Source of the DNA: Deferribacterales bacterium
GTDB lineage: Bacteria; Chrysiogenota; Deferribacteres; Deferribacterales; Geovibrionaceae
Assembly (NCBI GenBank): GCA_050251945.1
Contig: JBFWLW010000013.1
Span: 1 to 64,000 of the forward strand
Length of the DNA: 64,000 nucleotides
Reading direction: 5' to 3'
Of the stretch, positions 27,116 through 39,853 are shown piece after piece. The notes beneath the pieces are model-generated. The model was given only the letters and a program-made list of their open reading frames with translations, had not been told where the DNA came from and did no database searches. The position numbers and the translations under genes were made by a program. The number at the start of each line of letters is the position of its first letter. Position 1 is the stretch's first letter.

Positions 27116-28159
27116 ATGGTTAAAACTTATAACATAAACGTCCTCGCCCTGACACCTCTCATATCACCGAACAACCTGAAACAGGTTTTCCCTCTCCCCG
27201 TCAAGGGTGCAGCATTCGTTAAACAGTCCAGAGACACCATACGCGACATCCTCCACGGAAAAAGCGACAAACTCATGGTGGTTGTGGGTCCCTGTTCCAT
27301 ACACGACACAAAAGCGGCTCTGGAATATGCCGACAGACTGAAAAAGCTGTCAGACGAACTTTCCGGCAAGCTCTTCATCATTATGCGGGTATACTTTGAA
27401 AAGCCAAGAACCACAGTCGGCTGGAAAGGTCTCATAAACGACCCCGACCTGAACGGCACGCACATGATATCGAAAGGACTGGGCATCGCACGGGGGCTCC
27501 TCTGTCAGATAACTGAAAAAGAACTCCCCATTGCATGTGAAATGCTCGATCCCATCACCCCCCACTATCTTTCCGACATGATAAGCTGGGGCGCCATAGG
27601 CGCGAGAACAACCGAATCACAAACCCACAGAGAGATGGCAAGCGGTCTTTCATTTCCGGTCGGATTTAAGAACGGAACCGACGGATGCCTTAAAATTGCC
27701 ACCGACGCAATGTCCTCATCCTGCCGACCCCACAGTTTCCTCGGTATAAACAACGACGGTGTGACCGCTATCGTACAGACAGCAGGCAACCCCGACGTGC
27801 ATATAGTTCTGCGAGGCGGCAACGATTCACCCAACTATTTCAAAGAGAATATTGAAGAAACTGTCGCCCTCCTGAAAAAGAACAACCTGCCCAACGCAAT
27901 AATGGTTGACTGCAGTCATGCTAACTCCGAAAAGGATCACGAGAAGCAGCCGGCGGTACTGGACAGCATCGTATCTCAGATACGCAGCGACAAACAGACC
28001 GATATCAAAGGGGTAATGATAGAGAGCAACCTCTTCGCCGGAAACCAGAACATACCGGAAGACCTGTCTTGCCTGAAATACGGCGTATCAGTCACCGACA
28101 AATGTGTGGATTGGGAAACGACGGAAAAAATGCTGCGCGAAGCATACGCGAAATTATAA
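27116..28159 (+). CDS. aroG: 3-deoxy-7-phosphoheptulonate synthase class I (AroF/G/H type)
   Basis: Motifs GPCSIHD, RVYFEKPRTTVGWKGLINDP, IGARTTESQTHRE and DCSHANS. Confidence 0.93.
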   Translation: MVKTYNINVLALTPLISPNNLKQVFPLPVKGAAFVKQSRDTIRDILHGKSDKLMVVVGPCSIHDTKAALEYADRLKKLSDELSGKLFIIMRVYFEKPRTTVGWKGLINDPDLNGTHMISKGLGIARGLLCQITEKELPIACEMLDPITPHYLSDMISWGAIGARTTESQTHREMASGLSFPVGFKNGTDGCLKIATDAMSSSCRPHSFLGINNDGVTAIVQTAGNPDVHIVLRGGNDSPNYFKENIEETVALLKKNNLPNAIMVDCSHANSEKDHEKQPAVLDSIVSQIRSDKQTDIKGVMIESNLFAGNQNIPEDLSCLKYGVSVTDKCVDWETTEKMLREAYAKL

Positions 28160-28221
28160 AAACAGGGCGGTCTTTCGACCGCCTCAGGTTATTTATAAAC
28201 TCAATTTTGATAAAATCCAAT

Positions 28222-28334
28222 GAGACTGCTTTAGCTCACGGCAAGCCGTTCGTTCAGCCTTCGGCTAGTGTCGCAAACTCCTCGCAGCGACGGTTTTTTG
28301 TCTTCGCGAGGAACGCATGCGACGACGCGATCTC
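28222..28334. repeat. Inverted pair of REP-like elements between aroG and gdhA
   Basis: gagactgctt...ctcctcgcagcgac is followed by tgtcttcgcgaggaacgcatgcgacgacgcgatctc. This is the same family as 19733-19801. Confidence 0.7.
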
Positions 28335-28389
28335 GCATTCTACTGACCTTGTCATCAGTCCGAGGCGGTCTGATGCCGTTATTTCTTTT

Positions 28390-29748
<1,359 letters not shown>

Positions 29749-29836
29749 TTATGTATGTAATAATTGTAGTAAAACTTACAATTATTACATACTGCAAAAA
29801 ATGCCTTTTGAATACAGGAAATTTGAACTGAAAACC

Positions 29837-31150
29837 TTATTTAATTATTTTTTTATTCCACGGTACCTGAACTTCAAGCTCGTTGACCTTTTTTTCCGTT
29901 GCCGCTGTACGCTCGGAAATACATGAACCCGTCTCCAGATAGGTCATAGCGGCGGCGAGATATTTTTCACTGCTGTCCCCGAACGTGCCGAGATTCGTAA
30001 TATCCTCATCTTTTATGCAGTCGGGTACAAGTCCGCTGTCATAGTCCCCTGCTCCCAGTGCGTTCTGGTTTTTGAAGGTGATTGCCGCAAGGTACTTATC
30101 GCAGTAGTCGATATAATTCGTTCCGACTGCCTTGCCGTATGTTGTGGTTCCTATGACGTAAACGTCCTGAAACGGAAGAAGACCGTTTATGATGAGTTCA
30201 CTGGCGGACGCTGTGTTGCCCGTGACAAGAAAGACTATCTTTTTTATGTCCAGATCGTATTTCGTCTTGGTGAAGTTATATGTTTTATTGGCATCCTGAT
30301 GCATATTATTATATATCATCTGGAGCAGGATATATCCGTTAAGGTTATTGCCGCCTATTACGCTGGCAATGTACTGAGCGACACTGACAAGCCCGCCGCC
30401 GTTATAACGCAGATCCACGACAAGCTCTTTGACATCAGCATCGCGGAACGCTTCAAAGGCTTCGCTTGTGTCGGATATGTTCTCGTTGAATGAGTTATAC
30501 ATAATATAACCGACCTTGCTGTTGTCAGCGGTGTCGGTCAGAACCGAATAGCCAAGAACGGAATCCGCATAGTAGCTTGCCGTGTAAAGGGTTACACTGT
30601 GCTGAACGGTTGAGGAATCCTCGAACACAACGTCGACACGCTGTCCCTCTTCCGATGCGTTTCCGTACACGGCTTCGTATGCCGCATCGTCGTTAACTAT
30701 CTGGTATCCTGTATATCCGTTCATGGTGACTATTCTGTCACCGCGTTTGATTCCGGCGTTGTAAGCAGGTGAATCAGGATAAACAACTCTGACATAAAGA
30801 TCGGTTGAATCTGTTATGCCGTTAAAGCCGAGACCGACGTTCGCTCCGGCATAATAATCCTCAAGCTCCTGTTTGGTGTATATTGCGCTGAACTTGTCGC
30901 GAGAAACTTTCAGGTCGTCAATTAGGTCGTATTGCGACGTGTAGGACTCATAATTCAGGGCAGGCGCTTCGTCCGCCCAAAGGTATACATCGTGCATAGC
31001 CTTATAAACGAACTCTATCTGTGCCGACTCGCTGCATTCCGTCGGGTAATAGTCTATATGAAGCGAGCCGTCGGATGATGAATCTCCGCCGCCGCAGGAA
31101 AACAGCATTAAAGATGTGCAGAGAAGCACAGCAAGTTTCAGCTTTGACAT
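29837..31150 (-). CDS. S41 family (C-terminal processing-type) peptidase, lipoprotein with PDZ domain
   Basis: Lipobox LFSC, PDZ (DSPAYNAGIKRGD), DLRYNGGG, TASASE and TYGK. Confidence 0.93.
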   Translation of the reverse strand: MSKLKLAVLLCTSLMLFSCGGGDSSSDGSLHIDYYPTECSESAQIEFVYKAMHDVYLWADEAPALNYESYTSQYDLIDDLKVSRDKFSAIYTKQELEDYYAGANVGLGFNGITDSTDLYVRVVYPDSPAYNAGIKRGDRIVTMNGYTGYQIVNDDAAYEAVYGNASEEGQRVDVVFEDSSTVQHSVTLYTASYYADSVLGYSVLTDTADNSKVGYIMYNSFNENISDTSEAFEAFRDADVKELVVDLRYNGGGLVSVAQYIASVIGGNNLNGYILLQMIYNNMHQDANKTYNFTKTKYDLDIKKIVFLVTGNTASASELIINGLLPFQDVYVIGTTTYGKAVGTNYIDYCDKYLAAITFKNQNALGAGDYDSGLVPDCIKDEDITNLGTFGDSSEKYLAAAMTYLETGSCISERTAATEKKVNELEVQVPWNKKIIK

Positions 31151-31158
31151 GATTCCCC

Positions 31159-31950
31159 TCAGTTGCTCAGATATTTTGCGATAAGAACAACGTTAACCGC
31201 CTGCTGGCGGTTTGTTACGCACAGCTTAGCAAATATATTCTTAATATGAAATTTCACAGTATTCTCACTGATACCTATTATTTTTGAGATTTCCCAGTTG
31301 GTCTTGCCTTTCATAAGCCATTCCGAGATATCCTTCTCTTTCCTGGTAAGACTGCTGAACAACACAAGCATATCAAGTCTCTTCCTTGTTGTCATCAAAT
31401 GGTTGATAACAAGGCGGCACATCAGCTCCGTCTGTTCGTTCGGTTTATGCTTTTTATCTGCAAAAGACACAAGAAAAGCAAAATCTCTGTTCTCCGAATC
31501 GTCATACACAGAACAGCCGTATTCAAGCCCGTAAGACCTGCGTCTGTCTATCACTTCCTGTTCCTGCGGGGTAAGCCCGGCTTCGTAAGTATCCCACAGA
31601 ATAAAAGATAATCTCGCATTCAGTTTCAGCCTGCGCTCCATCTCTTTGCGCACAGGGTCGAAGGCAAGAAAATCCCCCTCGGCATACTCCTGCATCCATT
31701 TTTCGGGGTTGGAAAGATTAATTATGTTTATTTTATAGCCGCTGTCGTAAGTGGCAGTGGAATAGCAGTAAATGACATAGCGAAAACCTATGTATGATGC
31801 AAAATCCATTATAATCTCATGAAAACCGTCCGCATCCTTAACCTTGTTGCACCGGTTTATGACATGCAAACATTTGATAAGATCTCTCTTAGCCAGTTTC
31901 TTATATTCGCCGGGTTCTGCAGGCACTGTATTGCTCCATCTTTTATTCAT
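31159..31950 (-). CDS. LuxR-family regulator with autoinducer-binding domain (LuxR solo)
   Basis: PEKWMQEY..DPV..W..G ligand-pocket pattern and the HTH GKTNWEISKIIGISENTVKFHIKN. Confidence 0.92.
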   Translation of the reverse strand: MNKRWSNTVPAEPGEYKKLAKRDLIKCLHVINRCNKVKDADGFHEIIMDFASYIGFRYVIYCYSTATYDSGYKINIINLSNPEKWMQEYAEGDFLAFDPVRKEMERRLKLNARLSFILWDTYEAGLTPQEQEVIDRRRSYGLEYGCSVYDDSENRDFAFLVSFADKKHKPNEQTELMCRLVINHLMTTRKRLDMLVLFSSLTRKEKDISEWLMKGKTNWEISKIIGISENTVKFHIKNIFAKLCVTNRQQAVNVVLIAKYLSN

Positions 31951-31988
31951 GCATATTAACACAAAAAAGCGGGTAATGGATGTGCTTA

Positions 31989-33068
31989 TTAACAATGTCT
32001 GCGGCAATGCCCCATAACATCCGCCGCAATATCCTTAAGCGGCAGAACTGTATGTACCCCTCCAAGCTCTATGGCAACCTTCGGCATACCAAACACAACG
32101 CTGCTCTTTTCGTCCTGAGCAATGTTGTATGCGCCGGTCTCTTTCAGCTCCAGCATACCCTTTGCGCCGTCGTCTCCCATGCCAGTGAGAATGACCCCCA
32201 CAGCGTTCTTGCCCACATAACGTGCGCCCGAACGGAAAAGAACGTCCACCGAAGGTCTGTGACGGCTCACAAGGGGACCGTCTTTTATCTCGACGTAGTA
32301 TCTGGCGCCGCTTCGCTTTATCATCATGTGCTTATTTCCCGGAGCGAGAAGCACCCTGCCCGGCAGAACCGTGTCACCGTTATCCGCCTGCTTAACGGAC
32401 ACTGCACAGATGGAATCCAACCTGTCAGCAAATGATTTAGTAAAGTTTTCAGGCATATGCTGAACTATGACGATGCCCGGGCAATCCGGTGCGAAACCCT
32501 GAAGCAGATTGGCAAGCGCTTCCGTTCCTCCGGTTGACGCGCCAATCAATATAACTTTTTCGGTGGTCTTGATCATGGAATGGTCTTTCGGAACGGAAAG
32601 CATCACATCGGCGCTGAGTTTCGGCTGAACGTCGAATCTTTTCGGACTTATCCTGTTCACCTGAACGTTCGCCGCCGCCTTCACCGTGTCGGTTATCAAT
32701 ATGCGCGATTCTTCTATGAAAGCCTTTGTACCCATTCTCGGCTTGCAGATTATCTCCACTGCGCCATACTCCATCGCCTTAAGCCCGGTTTCTGAATTGC
32801 TCTCCGCAAGGCTTGAACACATCACAACCGGAAGCGGATGCTGGGACATCAGCTTTTTAAGAAAAGACAGCCCGTCCATTCTGGGCATCTCTATGTCAAG
32901 GATGATAACATCGGGAACGAACGTCTGGAGTTTTGCGGCGGCGGCAAACGGGTCGCTGCAGCAGACCACCTCGCCTATTTCCGTATCGCCCGACAGTATC
33001 TCCTGCATAGCCTGCCTGACAACCGCGGAATCGTCCACAACCATAACGCTGATCTGCCTGTTACCCAT
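31989..33068 (-). CDS. cheB: Chemotaxis methylesterase
   Basis: REC domain plus GASTGG, QHMP, HRPSVD and LTGMGDDGA. Confidence 0.98.
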   Translation of the reverse strand: MGNRQISVMVVDDSAVVRQAMQEILSGDTEIGEVVCCSDPFAAAAKLQTFVPDVIILDIEMPRMDGLSFLKKLMSQHPLPVVMCSSLAESNSETGLKAMEYGAVEIICKPRMGTKAFIEESRILITDTVKAAANVQVNRISPKRFDVQPKLSADVMLSVPKDHSMIKTTEKVILIGASTGGTEALANLLQGFAPDCPGIVIVQHMPENFTKSFADRLDSICAVSVKQADNGDTVLPGRVLLAPGNKHMMIKRSGARYYVEIKDGPLVSRHRPSVDVLFRSGARYVGKNAVGVILTGMGDDGAKGMLELKETGAYNIAQDEKSSVVFGMPKVAIELGGVHTVLPLKDIAADVMGHCRRHC

Positions 33069-33550
33069 CAAAGCACCTGTAATTTAGATATTTTTCTGAC
33101 GTACACTATACCCGTTTCGGTGGAAAAATACAGCTTTCTGGTGAACTGCCCTCCGGTGTCCCGTGCGCTGATTTTGAAATGCAGCTTTTCAAGTGTCTCA
33201 ACAGCGGCAGAAATATTCTTCTGTCCGACGCTGAAAGACGCGTTTGACACCGCGAACATATCCGAACCGCCGAACACCTTCACCTCAACCTCGTCGTGGT
33301 GGATACCCCGTTCTTTCAGCAGCTCGTTCATATGCATTATGGCACTGTCGGTATATTTGAAATTCACAATGCCCCCCGGGTGCACGTCCGGTCCGGGGAG
33401 CATACTGTGACAAATCAGCCCAAGCATCTGATGCCGTGCGAACATGGTCACAGATACGCAGGAGCCGAGTACGGTATTTATCATTGTCGGGGTGTCAAAA
33501 TAAAACAGATCACCCGGAAGAAGATATTTGCAGGAAGCGTCATCTATCAT
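33068..33550 (-). CDS. cheD: Chemoreceptor glutamine deamidase
   Basis: Motifs [24 protein letters not shown] and DTGG. Confidence 0.93.
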   Translation of the reverse strand: MIDDASCKYLLPGDLFYFDTPTMINTVLGSCVSVTMFARHQMLGLICHSMLPGPDVHPGGIVNFKYTDSAIMHMNELLKERGIHHDEVEVKVFGGSDMFAVSNASFSVGQKNISAAVETLEKLHFKISARDTGGQFTRKLYFSTETGIVYVRKISKLQVL

Positions 33551-33552
33551 TT

Positions 33553-34398
33553 TCAGTCTCTTATGTATATGGTGGGGGCATAACTTTTGACAGGCAGCCG
33601 CATCCCGTGGATGGACTCCGAATGTCCCATAAACAGAAACCCGCCCGGGTTAATGTGGGAACATATCCTGCCAAGCATTTCCTCCTGTGTTTTCACATCG
33701 AAATATATTAGCACGTTTCTGCAAAATACAATATCCATCGGTTCAGGTATCAGATAAGACCGGGATTTCAGGTTGAGCCTTGCAAACTTCACCTTTGAAC
33801 GAATTTCAGGACGAAACCTGACCAGCCTGTCGTCGGGATTTTTCGACCGCATGAGATATTTCTTTTTCAAAGCATAAGGAATATCCTTCGCCTTCTCCTC
33901 TGTGTATATTGCTTTTTGCGCCGCACTTAATACGCTTGTATTTATGTCCGTGGCATACACGCTGAATTTCCCGTCCGCGCCGAAAAACTCCGCAAGTACC
34001 ATTGCAATGGTATAAGGTTCCTCGCCTGTGGAGCTTGCACAGCTCCAGACTTTCAAAGGTCTCACCTGTCCAAGTCCTTTTTTAGCGGAAAGCACCGGGA
34101 GAATCTTAGAACTCATCATCTCGAAATGATTGTTCTCCCTGAAAAAATCAGTTTTATTAGTGGTTATGACGTCGATAAGGTATGTCTGCTCGATGCTGTC
34201 TCTGCCGCCGTCGAAAACGAAATCCACATATTCGGCATAGCCGCGCATTCCCAGCGCTTTTATGCGTTTTCTGAGCCTGCCCTCAACCATGCTTCTTTTA
34301 TTTTCCGACAGCTTTATGCCGCATGAACTCTCTATGAAGGTCTTAAGTCTGTTAAAATCCTTCTCTTCCAGTTTCGTAGAAAATATACCCGATGTCAT
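33553..34398 (-). CDS. cheR: Chemotaxis methyltransferase
   Basis: Motifs TTNKTDFFRE, WSCASSTGEEPYT, FCRNVLIYF and GHSES. Confidence 0.98.
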   Translation of the reverse strand: MTSGIFSTKLEEKDFNRLKTFIESSCGIKLSENKRSMVEGRLRKRIKALGMRGYAEYVDFVFDGGRDSIEQTYLIDVITTNKTDFFRENNHFEMMSSKILPVLSAKKGLGQVRPLKVWSCASSTGEEPYTIAMVLAEFFGADGKFSVYATDINTSVLSAAQKAIYTEEKAKDIPYALKKKYLMRSKNPDDRLVRFRPEIRSKVKFARLNLKSRSYLIPEPMDIVFCRNVLIYFDVKTQEEMLGRICSHINPGGFLFMGHSESIHGMRLPVKSYAPTIYIRD

Positions 34399-34459
34399 AT
34401 CCACCTTACCCGAAAAACAGACCGCCCCGCAGATAACACAGAGCGGTCATTTAACTTTA

Positions 34460-34978
34460 TCAAACGGCAGACTTATCCTTTTCCAAGGACTTCTGCCCTG
34501 TCAGTCCGGCTACGTCTTCCGTAGCGAAAACTTCGTCAATGTTCAGTATAATCACGAAACTGTCGCCTTTCTTAGCCATGCCCTTTATGAATGCAGTGTT
34601 AAGCTGAGTTCCGATCTTGGGTGCGTTTTCTATGTTCACGCCCTCAAAATCCACAACCTCCTGAACGGAATCCGCAAGGGCGCCCAGAACGATTGTCTCG
34701 TCCTCTATGTTCACCTCAACGATGACCACACATGTGCTTACGGTTTTGACCGTTTTGCCCATACCGAACTTGCACCTGAGGTCAAGAACCGGAACGACGT
34801 TGCCCCTGAGGTTTATCACACCCACCATATAATCCGGTGTCTGGGGTACTTTGGTCACGCTTGTGTAATCAAGCACTTCGCGCACGGACATTATGTCAAC
34901 CCCGTATACCTCGTCTGCCAGAGTGAAGGTGAGTACCTGACAGTTTTCATATGTAACCGCTGCAGTATTCTCCGCCAT
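34460..34978 (-). CDS. cheW: Chemotaxis coupling protein
   Basis: Motifs YGVDIMSVREV and GVINLRGNVVPVLDLR. The start is at ATG 34978 after AAGGAG. Confidence 0.97.
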   Translation of the reverse strand: MAENTAAVTYENCQVLTFTLADEVYGVDIMSVREVLDYTSVTKVPQTPDYMVGVINLRGNVVPVLDLRCKFGMGKTVKTVSTCVVIVEVNIEDETIVLGALADSVQEVVDFEGVNIENAPKIGTQLNTAFIKGMAKKGDSFVIILNIDEVFATEDVAGLTGQKSLEKDKSAV

Positions 34979-34988
34979 GTTCAGCTCC

Positions 34989-37031
34989 TTAATAGCTTTC
35001 AAAGTCTCTGTCGTACTTGTCGCCTTTTGACGAATCTTCGGACATATCAAGAACAATCCCTTCGCCGTTGGCGGGTTTGCCGTTGCCCTTTTTAAAATGT
35101 GACGCGGACGCCGTATTAACCGGCTTAACCGTCTGCTTGGGCTGCATATGCGACGCGGAGGGAAGAGACTTGACCGCCATACTTTTTCTGCTGAGAGTGT
35201 TCATCTTAAAGAACGACATGGTCTGCTGAAGTGAAAGCGCCTGTCCTGAAAGTTCCTCGGACGTTGCCGCCATCTCCTCTGCAACACCCGCGTTGCGCTG
35301 AATCACCTGATCCAGCTGCTGAATCGCCGTATTTATCTGGTCGGAACCTGTGCGCATTTCACTGCTTGCCGCTGTTATCTCCTGAACAAGCTCCGCGGTT
35401 TTCTGAATGTCGGGAAGTATCTGAGCCAGAAGAACTCCTGCGCGCTCGGCTATGCTGACACTGCTGGAAGACAGTTCGCTTATCTCGCCTGCCGCTTCCT
35501 GACTGCGCTCGGCAAGCTTGCGCACTTCGGATGCCACCACGGCGAAGCCTTTGCCGTGTTCTCCGGCTCTCGCCGCCTCTATAGCCGCGTTGAGTGCCAG
35601 AAGGTTTGTCTGTCTGGCTATCTCTTCTATTATGGATATCTTGCCCGCTATCTCTTTCATCGCCCTTACGGTTGATTCCACAGCCTCGCCGCCGTCTTTT
35701 GCATCAGACGAAGCTTTGAGCGCTATCTTCTCTGTCTGAAGAGCGTTGTCCGCATTCTGGTTGATGTTGGAAGCCATCTCTTCCATGGAAGAAGACGCCT
35801 CTTCGGCGCTTGCCGCCTGCTCCGTTGCGCCCTGCGACATATCCTGAGCGGCGGAGCTTAATTCATTGCTCCCCGCGGCAACGTTGTCCGATGCGTTTTT
35901 AACATCCGCAACGATGGTTCTGAGCTGATCAACCATATTTTTCAGGTCGCCGTAAAGACCTGTCAGGGCTTTCCCTTTATTGGCTTCAAACGTAACGTCC
36001 AGATCGCCCTGTGCGATACGTTTGGTTATCTCAGCCATATCTCTGGGTTCGCCGCCGAGCGGTGCCTTCACCAGCTTAGTTATGATAAGGGCGAAAATTA
36101 TTCCCATCGCAAAACCGATGACAGACACAATTGCAACCAGCACGATCGTTCTGGTGTTGCTGCTCTGGATATCAGCGCCGAGAGCATTTTGCTTTTCAAC
36201 AGCAATGGCTGTGACTGCGTCGGTATCTTTTATCACCTGTGCGCCCACAACTGCGAGCACCTCATTCTCCAGTCTCACTTTTTCAAAACTGTAGTCGGAA
36301 ACCTCATTAAAATTATCCCTGTATTTATCCAGCATTGCGGATAAATTGTTATATTCAGACCGCAGCGCGGCGCTTTTGATGCTTCTGTCCATTGATTTCA
36401 TCAGGGACGGAATATTTGTTTCAAAATATGTTCTGATATCCTGCTCAACCTCTTTTGTCGCACCGTTTATGAAACTGAGCGCACGGTATCTGCCAAGCAT
36501 GATATTTTCCTGTATCCTTCCGGCATAGTAGGCCGTTTCGGCATCGCCGGACTGATATGCGGCGGTCATCATATCGGTGAGAAGGTGGCGCATGTCGCTG
36601 CCGAGCTGCACCATGTTGTTTACACCGTTCTGTCTGGCATTGACAGCCTGCTCAACCTTTGAAAACCCATCCTTATATTTTCCGAAGTTCTCATCTATGC
36701 TTGAAATAAGCGCAGCGGCTTCGGGTTCGGTTATGTCCTCTTTGCTCTTTTTGAGGTATTCATCAACGTTTGCGGCGTATTTATAAAAACCGTCCGCCGA
36801 TTCCTTTTTGCCGCCGACGATGAAGTCTTTAACGTTCATGCGCACCATGAACATGTTGGTTTGTAAGCTGCTCACCGTATTGGAACTTCTGGCAACGCGC
36901 CTGTATTCGCCGAAACCGCCTGCCGCGGTGCTTATTCCGATAAATGAAACAAGCGCAACGACGAATAAAATGAACATAACGATTGCAAAACCAAGTCCTA
37001 TCTGTGTGCCGACTTTAAGATTCTTAAACAT
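34989..37031 (-). CDS. Methyl-accepting chemotaxis protein with C-terminal pentapeptide-like tail (DFESY)
   Basis: Two TM helices, a helical sensor domain, LGGEP, the MCP hairpin motif and a C-terminal xFxxY. Confidence 0.96.
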   Translation of the reverse strand: MFKNLKVGTQIGLGFAIVMFILFVVALVSFIGISTAAGGFGEYRRVARSSNTVSSLQTNMFMVRMNVKDFIVGGKKESADGFYKYAANVDEYLKKSKEDITEPEAAALISSIDENFGKYKDGFSKVEQAVNARQNGVNNMVQLGSDMRHLLTDMMTAAYQSGDAETAYYAGRIQENIMLGRYRALSFINGATKEVEQDIRTYFETNIPSLMKSMDRSIKSAALRSEYNNLSAMLDKYRDNFNEVSDYSFEKVRLENEVLAVVGAQVIKDTDAVTAIAVEKQNALGADIQSSNTRTIVLVAIVSVIGFAMGIIFALIITKLVKAPLGGEPRDMAEITKRIAQGDLDVTFEANKGKALTGLYGDLKNMVDQLRTIVADVKNASDNVAAGSNELSSAAQDMSQGATEQAASAEEASSSMEEMASNINQNADNALQTEKIALKASSDAKDGGEAVESTVRAMKEIAGKISIIEEIARQTNLLALNAAIEAARAGEHGKGFAVVASEVRKLAERSQEAAGEISELSSSSVSIAERAGVLLAQILPDIQKTAELVQEITAASSEMRTGSDQINTAIQQLDQVIQRNAGVAEEMAATSEELSGQALSLQQTMSFFKMNTLSRKSMAVKSLPSASHMQPKQTVKPVNTASASHFKKGNGKPANGEGIVLDMSEDSSKGDKYDRDFESY

Positions 37032-37053
37032 CGCAACCTCCAATAAACCTTTG

Positions 37054-39123
37054 TTATCCAACACTATTGTAAATTTTCATAACATCAATGATGAGGGCTA
37101 TGGAACCGTCGCCCAGAACCGATGCTCCGGAGACGCACTCAACCTTTTTAAACGATTTGCCCAGTGATTTTATGACTGTCTGATGGTCGCCGATGACGCT
37201 GTCCACCACAAAACCTATCCTGTTGCCTTCCACCTCAAGAATGACTATCTGCTGGATTTCCGGCACCTCTTCCTCTATGAAGAAAATGTTTCTCAGCTTC
37301 AGATAGGGTATGAGGTCTTCGCGCACTTTCAGTATGCATCTGCCGGATTCAGTTCTGTGCAGCGCCTCTTTGAATTCGATGCATTCGTTGACCATGGACA
37401 GAGGTATGATAAAGAACTGCCCGCCGATACGCACAAGCAAACCGTCGATAATGGCGAGAGTCAGAGGCAGTTTAAGGGTTATCTCCGTGCCTTTGCCGAG
37501 AACACTGTCTATCTCTATAGTGCCTCTGAGCGCTTCGATATTCCTCTTAACAACGTCCATGCCGACGCCTCTGCCGGATATGTTTGAAACTGCATCTGCG
37601 GTTGAGAAACCGGGATAGAAAATCAGCTCATACGCCTCTTTCGCCGAAAGCTCGGCATATTCCGGTATCAGCCCCTTTTCCGCCGCTTTTTTTATGAGAA
37701 CGTCCCTGTTCAGCCCCCTGCCGTCGTCAGTGATGCGTATAAGAACCGAATCACCTGAATGTTCCGCGGAAAGGGTTATCTTTCCCTTCGGGCTTTTCCC
37801 CGCGGCTATCCTGTCTTCGGGCTGTTCGATACCGTGATCCACGGAATTTCTGACAAGGTGGACAAGCGGGTCGCCCAGTTTTTCTATGACCGTCTTGTCA
37901 AGTTCTGTGTCTTCGCCTTTGGTAACAAGCTCAATATCCTTGCCCAGATCTTTCGCAAGGTCTCTGACAAGTCTTTTGTATTTGCTGAATGTGGTGCCTA
38001 TCTGGAGCATGCGGATACTCATTGTATTGTCGCGCAGTTCCCAGACAAGTCGTTCCACGTCTTCGGCTATCTTTGAAAGCTCCGTGTTTCCCATGGAAAC
38101 CGCTGTCTGGTTCAGTCTCGCCTGAACCGTCACCAGTTCGCCCACAAGGTCAACCAGCGAATCCAGCTTTTCAGAGGGAACCCTCAGTGACGAATTGCTG
38201 TCAGCCGCCGCTTTTTTCGCTTTCAGATTTTTAATGTATTTCTGTTCCTCAAGAGCCGAAACGACTGCGTCCTGCTCAACGAGTCCTTTCTCAATGAGCA
38301 TCTCGCCTATCATCTTCTTCTCTTTCATCACTTCCGAAAGCGCCTCTGCGGAGAGATCCCCCTTTTCCACCAGAATCTCGCCCAGCTTGCGGTACTGGTC
38401 TTCATCCAGACCGCTTTCGTAAATAACGTCTATCCTGATAACGCTGTCGTCTTCAACAAACATGAAAACGTCTTTGATGTCGTTTTCGTTCTTTGAAGTT
38501 GTGAGAATTATATCCCAGTAGGTGTAGCACTTTTCTGGGTTCATCTCTGCGATTTCAGGAATTCCGGTTATGTGCGTGATGATTTCACTTTCGCCCATCT
38601 CCTTCAGCTCGTCGATGAGCATCGCCGGATTTGTCCCTGTAAGGAAAATATCCCCCGAAGGCTCAAACCGGATGCGGTAGGTTCTTTCGGGACCCTCCTC
38701 TACGGGTTCCGCATTGTGATGCTCAGCCTGTGCCTGCTGAACATCGCCGTCTTTGCGGCACCCTCTGAAAAAGGTCAGTATCTCAAGCGCCTCGCCGCTT
38801 TCCGCCTTTACGCCGCTGTCGTCGAGCATCTGCTTTATCACGTCACAGGATTTGAACGAATAGTCCAGCATCTGTTTTGAGACATGCAGTTCGCCGTTGC
38901 GCACCATGTCGTAGGCGGTCTCTATGTCATGCACGAAGTGAGCTATGTTCTCGAAACCGAACATGGCTCCCGAACCCTTTATGGTGTGCATGGCACGAAA
39001 TATTCTTGCGATCAGCTCAGCGTTTTCAGTATCGTCCTCAAGCTCCAGCAGGGATGCCTCAAGTTCCTGCAAAAGCTCCTGCGCCTCCTGAACGAACGCA
39101 TCGCTGTGTATATCCGCTGACAT
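37054..39123 (-). CDS. cheA: Chemotaxis histidine kinase
   Basis: Hpt [36 protein letters not shown] and a CheW domain. Confidence 0.98.
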   Translation of the reverse strand: MSADIHSDAFVQEAQELLQELEASLLELEDDTENAELIARIFRAMHTIKGSGAMFGFENIAHFVHDIETAYDMVRNGELHVSKQMLDYSFKSCDVIKQMLDDSGVKAESGEALEILTFFRGCRKDGDVQQAQAEHHNAEPVEEGPERTYRIRFEPSGDIFLTGTNPAMLIDELKEMGESEIITHITGIPEIAEMNPEKCYTYWDIILTTSKNENDIKDVFMFVEDDSVIRIDVIYESGLDEDQYRKLGEILVEKGDLSAEALSEVMKEKKMIGEMLIEKGLVEQDAVVSALEEQKYIKNLKAKKAAADSNSSLRVPSEKLDSLVDLVGELVTVQARLNQTAVSMGNTELSKIAEDVERLVWELRDNTMSIRMLQIGTTFSKYKRLVRDLAKDLGKDIELVTKGEDTELDKTVIEKLGDPLVHLVRNSVDHGIEQPEDRIAAGKSPKGKITLSAEHSGDSVLIRITDDGRGLNRDVLIKKAAEKGLIPEYAELSAKEAYELIFYPGFSTADAVSNISGRGVGMDVVKRNIEALRGTIEIDSVLGKGTEITLKLPLTLAIIDGLLVRIGGQFFIIPLSMVNECIEFKEALHRTESGRCILKVREDLIPYLKLRNIFFIEEEVPEIQQIVILEVEGNRIGFVVDSVIGDHQTVIKSLGKSFKKVECVSGASVLGDGSIALIIDVMKIYNSVG

Positions 39124-39127
39124 CGCT

Positions 39128-39493
39128 TTAACCCAGAACCTTTTTAACGACAGCCACGAGCTGTTCCGGTTTAAAAGGCTTTACGATCCAGCCCGTCGCT
39201 CCGGCGGCTTTGCCTTCCGCCTTTTTTGAATCCTGCGATTCGGTTGTCAGCATTATTATCGGTACGAACTTATACTGCGGTTTCGACCGCAGTTCTTTTA
39301 TCAGGGTTATGCCGTCCATATTCGGCATGTTGAGGTCTGTAACCACCATGTTAGCGGCTCCAGACTGAAGCCTGTTCAACGCGTCCTTTCCGTCGCACGC
39401 CTCTATAACCTCGTAACCCTCTTTCACAAGCGTGAATCTGACCATCTGTCTTATGCTTGCGGAATCATCCACTGTCAAAATAGTTTTCGCCAT
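39128..39493 (-). CDS. cheY: Chemotaxis response regulator
   Basis: Motifs VDDS, TDLNMPNMDG, LTTES and GWIVKPF. It lies directly upstream of cheA. Confidence 0.93.
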   Translation of the reverse strand: MAKTILTVDDSASIRQMVRFTLVKEGYEVIEACDGKDALNRLQSGAANMVVTDLNMPNMDGITLIKELRSKPQYKFVPIIMLTTESQDSKKAEGKAAGATGWIVKPFKPEQLVAVVKKVLG

Positions 39494-39494
39494 C

Positions 39495-39842
39495 CTATTT
39501 GCCCTCCTCTATCAGAAAACATGTCCCGAAAAGCCCTTTCGCGCATTTTTTCCCGGGCGCTATACCGGACCAGCCCGCCCGCTCCATGATCCCGCAATCA
39601 TCCATCTTCACACAAAAATTTTTTCCTTTCGCCGTATAGGCTCTGTGGGCTGTACAGAGTACCTGCATAAAAGTGCAGTCTATCGCCGCAACATTGCCTA
39701 TGTGGACTGTCAGTTCCTCCGGTGCATCGAGGCCCTCACACATCCTGTCGTAAAGTGATCTGACATTGGCTATTGTCAGCTCGCCTCCGAGATGGAGTGT
39801 CATTTTTCCGTCTGCCTGCTTCTCCATACGCATTTCGATCAT
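39495..39842 (-). CDS. STAS-domain (anti-anti-sigma-like) protein
   Basis: Motifs LGGELTI and IDCTFMQVL (DxS/T motif). It sits within the che operon. Confidence 0.85.
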   Translation of the reverse strand: MIEMRMEKQADGKMTLHLGGELTIANVRSLYDRMCEGLDAPEELTVHIGNVAAIDCTFMQVLCTAHRAYTAKGKNFCVKMDDCGIMERAGWSGIAPGKKCAKGLFGTCFLIEEGK

Positions 39843-39853
39843 AATCAACCTCG

